DNA from: Octopus sinensis
Taxonomy: Eukaryota
Reading direction: 5' to 3'
Assembly (NCBI RefSeq): GCF_006345805.1
Contig: NC_043001.1
Span: 89,466,001-89,530,000, forward strand
Length of the DNA: 64,000 bases
Both the position numbers and the translations under genes were made by a program. Shown here piece after piece: positions 49,833 to 60,129 of this stretch (its first letter is position 1; the number at the start of each line of letters is the position of its first letter). Under the pieces are notes generated by a model. That model was not told where the DNA came from. It saw only the letters and a program-made list of their open reading frames with translations, and made no database searches.

Positions 49833-50128
49833 GTGGAGGCACATGAACTAGTGGTTAGAGCAGTGGACTCGCAGTCGAGGGATCGCAGGTTCAAATCTCA
49901 GACCTGGTGATGTCTGTGTTTAGGAGCGAAACACCTAAGCTCCACGCGGCTCTGGCAGAAGGTAATGGTAAACTTCTGCTGACTCTTTGGCCACAACTTT
50001 CTCTCGCTCTTTCCTCCTCCATCTTGCAGCTCACCTGCGATGGACTGGCATCCCGTCCAGATGGGGAACCTATACGCCAAGGAAACCGGCCCTTAAGAGC
50101 CAAGCATGGCTTGAGAAGGAAGGAACAC
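49833..50128 (+). mobile_element. tRNA-derived SINE, second family (also about 24360-24655 and about 63364-63525)
   Basis: tRNA-like head (TAGTGGTTAGAGCAGTGGACTCGCAGTC...GTTCAAATC). 12-bp TSD AAAGACAACTGA. Confidence 0.85.
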
Positions 50129-50606
50129 AAAGACAACTGAAGGGCTCTTGCTATCTCTCTTTCAAGTGAATATATCTCAGAAACTGAAGTTATATACAGG
50201 ATGCAGTAGAGTTTGTTACTGTTATCTTTTTTTTTTTACAGTTCTATATTCATTTGTTGCAAGAGTAAGATGGTCTTTGCAAGTGCAGCTACTTTTGTAA
50301 CTGGATGCCTTTCCTACAGCTTATCAATCATGAAGTGGGAGTTAAACAATGCACTTAATTCTTCAGTAACCAGAGTTATATTCATTACTCAAGTGTACAA
50401 GAAAGTGGCTGTGATAGTAAGGTTTGAATTCAATCTTATAGTTGCTGAACCTAGGTTGTATTGATAAAATTATACATCAGTATGTGAAATATCAATTTTT
50501 ATGTAAACCTACATAGTGTTTTCATACACAGGCTTCCAGGAACTGTGAGAAGCTGATGGTTCTTCCTCTGGAGAAGAGAACTGTCAATCATAGTTAACAT
50601 TCCAGA

Positions 50607-51293
50607 CAGTGGCGGCTCGTGTATAGGCACTGCAGAATTGCAGTACACCCTATTTCCACTCTATATTATCGATAACATTCAATATAATGAGTCCTATTTT
50701 TCTTTAATTCTTTCTTTATACTGGTACATTATATAATGCTTAAGCTTAATGTCAGTAGCCATCCCCTAGTTTATGAAAAAGATACAAATATCCTTATATA
50801 GAACTGTGCGGTTCACAGTTCTGCATATGTTCACATGTCCGAGATAGGAAGCTTCATGCTAGGGAGAGAGAGAGAGAGCACTGTTGTTCACGCAGTGCCG
50901 ACCCTGGTGTGCTGGTGAAAGGTAGTGTTTCTTTTTGACACTGCATATGTTGTGTTTAAAAATGTGTTTATATTCTTGAATGTAATAAAGTGTAGAATTA
51001 GATTATTATCCTGCTTCCAGACAGTGTTGCTGCCAGGATTTGAAAAAGAGGGCAGATTTCCTCTCCTTATTTTGTGATTAAGGGGAGATTTCTGAAAAGA
51101 CAAGGGGGAATTCGCGGCGGTGTTCTGTGAACAAATTAAACACACTACCAGGCAGTGGCTAAAACTCGAACTGATTAAGTTTATGTATAAATTTTCTTTT
51201 TAAATGTTTGTTTCCTTTTACACAATATTAAAACAACGGCTAAAAAATTTCTGAAACAGCATCCCCACTAATTTTATCTATGAGCCGCCACTG
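50607..51293. mobile_element. hAT-type MITE
   Basis: 12-bp TIR CAGTGGCGGCTC/GAGCCGCCACTG. 8-bp TSD attccaga/atcccaga. Confidence 0.75.
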
Positions 51294-52098
51294 ATCCCAG
51301 AGGATCTATTTCAAAACAGTACATGGACTGAAGCATTCAGCACAAGTGCACGATAAAATTCTTGCAATAGATTCGACCTCACGACCTAGAATTTAGTGGG
51401 CAAATACCGTTGCCCAATTGACTTTTCTGCTTTAACTCCACAATATTCTTGTAGCTTCCCCGAAAATTCCAACACAAACAGTAGTGACAGAATAACGTGA
51501 TGGTGGTTGTTGAAATGCATTAATAACCAAACAGGCACATTATATTTCTGCCATACGATATCGGAAAACACTGAATTTATATTTCGGCTGCAATGAAATT
51601 CCCAAAACTTATAAAACATTATCTTGGAGGAGCAACGAAATCAGCTTCGAACAAGTGTAAATTTGTCATAGAATAAGTACCGGAAGTATACAGCTGACTA
51701 AATGAACGAAACTCTGGTTCGGAAGGATAATGATGTTTACGCGAGGAATGATAAATACTTATCAGATCCTGATCATTGTGTTTTTGTAACATAAAAATAA
51801 ACAAAACACACACACATATATATAGGGGGAAAATTCACGAAAAAACAAAGCAAAATACGAAGACAGGTGGTGTAGAAAACAAACAGATGTATTAGTATAA
51901 CGCTCGGGAATTGAAAAAGTCTTTAACGTTTCGAGCCTACGCTCTTCCACAAAAGAACACAGAAAGAAACAAGAGAAAAAAAATGTGTGTAGTGGCTACC
52001 GATCAAAGAGAACAATTTTTTCTTAGTGGTCAGATTATATGGGGTCTACATTTAGCATATAGGAATCAACCTAGTGGTCATTCCTCTTATATGTAATG

Positions 52099-52159
<61 letters not shown>

Positions 52160-52367
52160 TTAAGAGCGAAAGAAGGCGTGTAACTGTCAAAAGACGGCCA
52201 AGGGTTCTACCAATGGAAATTTCATTTACAGAATATGAGTATTATATATATATATATATATAAAAAACCCAAGTATTTTGGCAACATACAGATGCACCCT
52301 TTGTAGCGATTTATAATTAATGTTTTAATATATGGTATCACTAATTGGTTAATTAAAAATTACTTAC

Positions 52368-52426
52368 CAATTCCGAGGCCTCATCGAACAGCTTCTCCAC
52401 TTGACGTACATGGCCTTGTTTCTCAA
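52368..52426 (-). CDS. VTI1A: VTI1A exon 2
   Basis: VEKQGHVRQVEKLFDEASEL. 59 nt, aacag acceptor, gtaagt donor. Confidence 0.92.
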
Positions 52427-52840
52427 CTGTTAAAAACAAAAACAAAATCAGCATATAATTGTTGCTAGTATTTACAGTTGACGCAACCGGAGGAAAAGAG
52501 CAAAAATTAAACAGGTGTGTGTGAGTGTTGTGAAGTTATATTTTTTGTTAAACACTTGAGAAGTTATATTTTCAAAACAATACTTGTGAAGTTATATTTA
52601 TGATCTGACAATCTTAAGACAGTGAGAAATCTCCGTAAAACCAGGCGAAAGGAAAGATAACATACTGTCGAGGTGGCACAAGTGAATTACGTTACATTTT
52701 ATATATTAATTATAGTCAAGGCGATCAGTTCAACTGGCAGCTGACTCGAGAAAACATTGGTTTTATGAACACATTAGAGCCAAAAATAGCTGTGAAAATT
52801 CGGAAATTGAAAAAGGATCTGATAAAATGAATTGATTTAC

Positions 52841-52934
52841 CTCCATGTGAAAGAGTTATTTTTCCAATGAGATGAGTTATATCAGCAGTTAATGTGGAAT
52901 ATTGCTGTTGATAAGACTCCAACAACGAAGTCAT
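52841..52934 (-). CDS. VTI1A: VTI1A (Qb-SNARE) coding exon 1
   Basis: MTSLLESYQQQYSTLTADITHLIGKITLSHG. gtaaat donor, 94 nt. Confidence 0.92.
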
Positions 52935-52970
52935 GTTGTTCGAGGTGACAACGAGTAGACGGCGCTTTCT

Positions 52971-53055
52971 ACTTCCGCTTAGCCTCTTTCTCACCAGCGA
53001 CATTAAGGTGGAAGCAGTGATTTCTACATCGCCAGCTTTTTAATCCATCAACATC
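52971..53055 (+). promoter_or_regulatory. RPL34: RPL34 TCT/5'TOP-type promoter and putative non-coding exon 1 (donor gtaaga at 53056), back-to-back with VTI1A
   Basis: ETS-like ACTTCCG at 52971. TCT motif ctCTTTct (C at 52986) and a second pyrimidine start CTTTTT at 53036. The coding exon starts exactly at ATG after an acceptor, so an upstream exon is required. Confidence 0.6.
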
Positions 53056-54777
53056 GTAAGAATTCTTCATTTTTCAAACTTATAAATGATCTTGTTTTAT
53101 TTGTTATTCGTTCTATTATGTTTGGGGCTATTTTTTTTATAAATGTATTTCCCTGTTTGTCACAATAGATTGTTCGTGTTTCGAAGCATGTCTCCTCCAA
53201 CGATCCTGAAAGCACTCACACATTTACTTTTTTAAAAGTTATTCTATCAATCATATTCACTAATTTCTAATAGATTTGATCTCATTTAAAATAAGATATT
53301 ATAAGCTAAAATAAGGTATAAACAAAAATGCTTAATGAGATAGTATAGCTGATCATAAATCATATAACCACAGACATGCACATTTGAACCACGCTGTTCT
53401 CTATAAAGACTATAAAACGTGTATACCTTGATGTCCAGTCGTCAATTTAGGTTCTAAATTCTGTATGAAAAATAGTTTCGAGCTATCTTTAATTTTGACC
53501 CTAAAATTCTTAGATATTTGCCAGAAAACTTAAAAGTAGCTTAGTAAACAAGTTTCAAACCCGGGCTTATCTTTAGATATTTCAACCCAATCTTTAGATA
53601 TTTTCTAGTGTGTGCTTCTTGAAATTAAAAAAAATTAAAAATCACCAAAGACCCCCAACAACCGTATCAGGATTTGAAATTAGAAAGGTGGCGTTATTGA
53701 GTTTCTCCTCACCGGCGGTGTGTATTAGAAATATACCATGTGTCTGAGTTATATTTTTAATTTAAAAGCCAACGTGGATGCCTCTACGGGATAGTTCGAT
53801 CTGCGTGAAAAAACATTCAAGTTATCCCTACTGACATAATTTGGACGGAAGTAGAAAATTTAATTACTAGAAAGCAGTTTATCTTGTTCTATAGACTTTT
53901 TGTCTTACAGAAAAAAGTTTATTTATTGCTTCATAATAATTTTTAGTATAACAATATATTGATGAATGATTTTTGTTTCTTCTGTTCAGAGGAAACCAAT
54001 TAGAAGTATGATTACATAAATTGATCAAAACATCATTTCCCTGTAACCCCTCATCACATAAATTTACCTCGTTGCATTGGTAAAGTGATGCTTGCACGCC
54101 ACACATTATTCTTCTTTACTAGCTAACATTTATTTTATATACATAAAATCCCGATTGAAGAGAAATTTCTAAATTTTCCTCTGACTCTAAAAAAAAAAAA
54201 ACTGATTACCACCACCTTATCCATAACGTTTAGTATCTTAATAGATGATTATTGAGATATGTAAAAGTTTAAAATACTTTAATTGTAATATACATAAAAA
54301 AAAAATTCTGCATTCTGAAAAAAACTTGTGAGAAGGGAGAATGATGTTTCTAACGAAAGTTATGAGGAAACAGTCTAGAGTAGAAGAATTATGTGAAACA
54401 ACTACAGTAAAGAAAAATGAATTTTACAATTTTTTTACGATATTATCGTAATCGACACCGTTTAAAATGTATTTAGAAAAATTCCATTTTCAAAATGTGC
54501 ATTTTTAAGAAAGTTATGGGGAAACAAAATCAGGGGAGGTGACAAACTTTTACACTTTTGTAGTTTTGTCAAGGTATTTTATCGAATGAACAGTAAGCAG
54601 CAACTAATTGTAATCCATTTGTGTGCAGTGAGTGGATTTTAATTAATTGTTCATGTGTCTTGTTTTTCTTCAAATTTCATCTCACTTTCTAGTGTTCATA
54701 TAACAGATTAAAGTTCATATGTATTTCTCCAACATCCTCTTTGGTAGAACTTTAATCAGACTCTTTCTAATTTCTAG

Positions 54778-54842
54778 ATGACTCAAAGACTTACATTCAG
54801 ACGTCGACTGTCTTACAATACCAAGTCTAACCGAAGGAAGGT
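54778..54842 (+). CDS. RPL34: 60S ribosomal protein L34 (eL34) coding exon 1
   Basis: ctag|MTQRLTFRRRLSYNTKSNRRK+GT|gtaagt. Confidence 0.96.
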
Positions 54843-56407
54843 GTAAGTATTTTAAATGTCTCTTTCAAACTTCTGAGCATTTTTTGCTTTGTGTCTATCA
54901 TGTCTGCATAAATGAGATAGATTTTACATTTGATATACTTCCTGTCTTAGTGTTTTGGTCAGACACAACATAAATGATATACAAGTGAGGTTACTATGTA
55001 TGACTTTATGGTCATAAGCCAAACATTATAAACTTTGGTCATTTTCTTCTGTTTGAGTGATAAGGGAAATTGGAAGATAAATTACAATGTAAAGCTAAAT
55101 CACCAGTAATTTTACTTCATTAATTTAATGCTTTTTTTTCTGTAATCAAATTATTTAATTTAAGTGTAATCTAAGGGAAAACATAGAGAGAGATAACACC
55201 ATGTTAACTTAACTTCACTGACTTTTAACCCCAAAAGCATTGGGATTTGCACTTACATAGCATGGACAGCTGAGCACATTTTATGAAAATGAGACTACCA
55301 TGCGCACAAGAAAAATAGTTAAAATACCTTAAGTTTTATATCATCTGAAAAGTCATTAGTTGAACTATTAGTCCTCTTGCATTCTGGGGTGTATTGGAGT
55401 GTTTGAGTAACATTAGACCCCAACAAACGCCCATAAATTAAATGCAACTATCTGGGCCACAATCGTGGCCTGTCGACCTGTGCCTGATGGCCATGATCAT
55501 AGCCTGTTGTGCTTTAAGTGTTAATTTATCTAATATCTGTAAATAGCTTTTCCACTGTATTTGTTTATTTATTGCTTCATAATAATTTTTAGTATAACAA
55601 TATATTGATGAATAATTTTTGTTTCTTCTGTTCAGAGGAAACCAATTAGAAGAATGATTACATAAATTGATCAAAACATCATTTCCCTGTAACCCCTCAT
55701 CACATAAATTTACCCTGTTGCATTGGTAAAGTGATTGCTTGCACACCACACATTATTCTTCTTTACTAGCTAACAAATTTATTTTATATACATAAAATCC
55801 CGATTGAAGAGAAATTTCTAAATTTTCCTCTGACTGATTACCACACACAAACATATAGTTGTATATTGCTTTTGTACACTTTCCATGCTAGATGAATGCA
55901 TGTTATTTCAGGCATGGTTTTGCAGCCAGATACTAACTCTTAAGCTGTTTTCCAAGTAAGGGAGTCTTTATCCCACTTGTCTTTAAAAGCTCAAATACTA
56001 GACAATTTGTTCAGAGAAATGTCAGCATCATTTGTAACTCAGCCTTTTTCTTTTTAGGCATAGAATGTACATGTTGGGTTTAATACAGTTTCTGGTTACC
56101 AGATTCATTTACAAGGTATTGGTCAGTATGATGATGCAGTTAAAGAGTTTTAAACTTGTTCAAGTTGCCACACTGGGACTGAATCCAAAACTGTGCAGTT
56201 GCAAAATGAACCTCTTTACCACACAAACTTATATCTGGTTATAAGATAGCCTCATAGGAAAGAATCAAGTTGGGTTGGTGGTATCTCTGGTGTTGCATTT
56301 TAAACAAACTTAACTGAAAGATAATTTTGTTAAATGTTCATATTTGTGAAATGGCTGTAAATTAACACATATTTTTATTTCTTTTCTGTGATGATGAACA
56401 AAAACAG

Positions 56408-56421
56408 CTCCAAGACCCCTG
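56408..56421 (+). CDS. RPL34: RPL34 14-nt micro-exon ((V)SKTP(G))
   Basis: aacag|CTCCAAGACCCCTG|gtaagt. Restores the conserved S[RK]TPG motif and the correct phases. Confidence 0.9.
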
Positions 56422-57009
56422 GTAAGTGTGTTATTCTTTGTTTTGTATCAAATATTAGTTTGTAGTGAAAGAGCTGATAGTCTATTAGAGATTTTGGAAC
56501 CTGTTATAGAAAAAAATCTGACTAGTAGTGCAGATGGTCTTTCAAAGTATCGAGGTTTTGATTTAGGAAAATAATTAGCAAGACAAGTCAATGAGAACTC
56601 TTTTTGAATGTTCGACCTGCTAGAAATAGCAACCAAGTTTCCCTTGAATCATACCTTAGTGACTTTATTACACTTATACACCCAATGTTCTGTTTTGGTT
56701 GTCTTCAAGGAACACCACATTTACAATTAGGATGAGACCTTGATACACAAATGACCAAATTCAGTATTGCTACTTGTGTTCTTATTTCAATATTTAAATA
56801 TTATGGAGGTAAATAGTCCAGAACAATACACACATACGGAATATGAAAATAAGACTGATGATAACAAACCTACTAAAATGTTTACATTTACACTAATTCA
56901 GTGACATTTTTGTCAATAGAAAGATTTATTCACCATTCCATCATTAGATATGTGAACATCTTGGTTATATTGTTTATATATCTTGTTTATAATTTTTTTT
57001 TTTTTTCAG

Positions 57010-57089
57010 GTGGTAAACTTGTATATCTTTACGTAAAAAAACTCGGTACCATACCTCGATGTGGTGATTGCAAGGAACCTTTGAGAGGA
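57010..57089 (+). CDS. RPL34: RPL34 exon
   Basis: GGKLVYLYVKKLGTIPRCGDCKEPLRG. 80 nt. Confidence 0.96.
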
Positions 57090-59011
57090 GTAAGTTGATA
57101 TGTGTATTTTCCCTGATAAAGTGTTTGTACACAATGCCTTTTTCATTTTCCCATAAGACTGAAAACTAATAAAAAACAGTTCTATAAAGATGTAGGTTGC
57201 CTACTTCGTTAGATCATAGTTTCTTGACCATTTACAGAAGACTTGTGTAAATTAGATACTAACTACTGTCCCTATCCTTTACCACTCATGTAATTAAGGT
57301 GGTGGCTGTAATTATTGAATGTAAATAACTTGAATGAGTTTATTAGGTACATTATTCATATATGGATAAATATAGTAGACATTGTCTATTACTTGTGATT
57401 CCTGTTGCAAATAAATTTAGTATATTTGAATTAAAGACATGACTGCTATTATCTTTTATGTAAAGTACATTCTTTGCTAATTTGGTTAAAATAAGCATAA
57501 TATAGCAGGCATTGTTCATTAGTACAATAAAAGCACCTATGATAGAAGTAAGAATGATTCTATATCATGCTTGAGTAGCTTTCCAGAACTCCTATATAAC
57601 TTTATTCATTACTCCCATTCATATTTCCACCCTAATATAAATTTACTCGCTATCCTCTCAATGGTTCTTAATGTGCTATGTCCAGTAGAATGGATTTCAT
57701 TGAGAATCACTGATCTAGATAAGAAACAAGCTGTCCACTCTGACAGCAATTTTCATTAGTTTTATTGGAATATAGTTTAAATTTGAAACATTCTTTATAG
57801 CTTAATCACTGGGAACTCTTATGCATATTATAAGCATCTTTAAAAGTATCCTACAGTATATCTAAAAAAATACTTGTAAAAGTCCTAGAATTTTTTTGAT
57901 TGATACTGGACTCCCAACTACATGGTTCCACGTTCAGTCCCACTGCATGGAACTTTGGACAGAAATTTTTTATATGTTTATTGGGAAGAGTATTTCTTCA
58001 AAAAATCTGTCTTCTATTCAATTTGTGTCAAAATGCCTACAAGAGGTTCATCTCAATTTCTATTTCTTCTTTCTCATTTTTACTGCTTTTGACACCATTA
58101 TATTCCAAACATCCATTTAATGACAATTATTCAAACTCTTATTTTCATAATTAATCCTTTAGCATTCATATTACTCAGTCAAATGTAGTGCTTATTTATT
58201 CACCTTGTTTTGAATTAATCATACATTATCTTGTAGCTTCAAGATTTTGATGATGTAATTGTTATTTCTTAGAATGACATTGTAGAATAGGTATGAGAGG
58301 TTGGGTCTAATTAGTTTGGGTTGGATATGGCCAGTTTAATTCAAAGGTAGTGTGTTTCAATGGAAATATACTAACAAAATGGTTAAAATCTTTGTCAAAA
58401 TCCAGTCAGTAGCATTTTTGAAAATGTCAGCCACAGAAACACTGGCTGTTAAAATTGTACACCAAAAGTTAATAAGAATTGTAGGCTGTTTTTCTGTGTG
58501 ATTTAATGAATTTCCATCTTCCACTTGTTTCAAAGGAATGTGGCCATGCTAAAGCACTGCCTTGAAGAGTTTGGTTGAACAAATCAATCTCAATACTTAT
58601 TCTTTTTAAAGTCTTGTACTATTTTATTGGTCTCTTACTGAACTGCTAAGTTAAGGGGCATAAACAAACCATCAACAGGTTAAGTGGTTGGGGACAAACA
58701 CATACATATGATGGGCTCCCTCAATTTCTGTGTACCAAATTCTCTTACAAGAAACTTGCCCAAGGTGCTGTGCAGTGGGACTGAACCTGAAAACACATGG
58801 TTGCAAAGTGAGCTTCTTAACTACACATAGCTGTACCCAGCAATTTAAAATTTTATAAGGCAGTATAAAATTCCATGATATCTTGTGAGGACTTACTAGC
58901 TAGCATGTTGTCACAAATACCTATGATGGGGAGACAAGCCACATAATTCATGCAACAAGATTTTAATGTCTAAAAATTTGTGGTAACTTTTGTTTCATTT
59001 GTTCAATTCAG

Positions 59012-59115
59012 ATCACTCCAGCCAGACCCATTAAATGGATGTCTATGTCCCGACGACACAAGAAGGTATCCCGAGCATATGGAGGTTCGAGGTGTCACAA
59101 ATGTGTTAGAAACAG
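59012..59115 (+). CDS. RPL34: RPL34 exon (final exon lies beyond the window)
   Basis: ITPARPIKWMSMSRRHKKVSRAYGGSRCHKCVRN(R), containing the 'VSRAYGGS.C..CV' signature. gtatgt donor. Confidence 0.96.
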
Positions 59116-59574
59116 GTATGTTTTCACATTTCATACAATAAGATGCAAGTGTATTTTACAAGTTTAATAGTCAGTGTCGCATTGATCTTGGTGGTTGTTT
59201 TCAGTTTCTTTATCCTGATCTTACTGGTTCCATAAGTCAGCAGAAAGGGTCGGTTGACAGTATGTACTGAGTAGGTTTACACTGTGGTTTGTGTTTAAAT
59301 AGTTATGGAAATATGATAACCAGTCAATTACAATTAAGCACTGAACTGTAACTATCTTCTGAAAAGAGCAAGGCTCATTAATTTCTGCAGTGAATGTTGG
59401 GGAGCTGAATATCATGGGTTATCACTGGGACAAGCAGAATCTTCAATTGCTTATTGATCTGTATTATCACAGATCTGTGTAACATGGTTCACAGTTGAGC
59501 ATAGTGTGTTATCCCAGATCAGTTATCAACTACTTCTAGTTTTTGTCCCTGGAATATGGCGGAAGTTGTTCTCT

Positions 59575-59925
59575 GCACATTTTCAGGTGTTTATTGCTCC
59601 TGAGCATCTGCCACATATAAAAACTATTTTCCCAGTTAGCCTTCTTTTGATATTGCTGCACCTCTTATGCGTCCATAGCTTGCACTGGGTACATCTTATA
59701 GAGTTTCTACCTATGCCTTTTCTACAGATCGAGCAGGGCCAACTACCTGAAGGGATTTGTGGTTTGCCTGCCTTTCTACTTATTAGGACTTTGGTTTTGG
59801 CTAGGTTGACTCTAAGGCCCTTCGAACCCGAAGGACGAACATTATTATTATTACTTATTAGGACTTTGGTTTTAGCTAGGTTGACTCTAAGGCCCTTCGA
59901 TTCTAATCCTTGTTTCCACACCTGA
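59575..59925 (-). mobile_element. RTE LINE fragment (post-RT region with Cys-rich/PHD-like finger), internal tandem duplication of about 48 bp
   Basis: WKQGLESKGLRVNLAKTKVL...WPCSICRKGIGRNSIRCTQCKLWTHKRCS...CGRC. Confidence 0.8.
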
Positions 59926-59975
59926 AACTTACAAATACACAGTTATGTATAGTAAAAATATATTTAGCAATTACA

Positions 59976-60048
59976 TGTCAAATATGATGATTTAAGCACT
60001 GGGCTATGACTAAATGTCTGATTCTAGTGTGCTTCACTGATTTTGACA
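59976..60048 (+). ncRNA. Box C/D snoRNA, SNORD88/snR76-like, predicted guide for LSU rRNA Cm in GCC[C]AGUGCU (copy 1)
   Basis: Terminal stem TGTCAAA/TTTGACA. C box ATGATGA 59984-90. Guide AGCACTGGGC 59995-60004 is complementary to conserved 28S GCCCAGUGCU. D' ATGA 60006-09, D box CTGA 60037-40. Intronic in an r-protein gene. Confidence 0.85.
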
Positions 60049-60129
60049 AGTTTTTTTTAATATTTGTTACTACAACTATTTTATTTCGATAATCTGACAT
60101 GTGTTCAAGCAATGAATTTATAAATTGCT

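Noticed and set aside
52725-53003. 92-aa ORF extending VTI1A exon 1
   Set aside because: It begins at a non-ATG codon and reads through the donor. The real CDS is 52934-52841.
59223-59335. Branched stem (ACTGGTT/AACCAGT, CCATAA/TTATGG) followed by ACA as an H/ACA snoRNA
   Set aside because: No H box or second hairpin was identified. The ACA belongs to the degenerate C/D paralogue flank.
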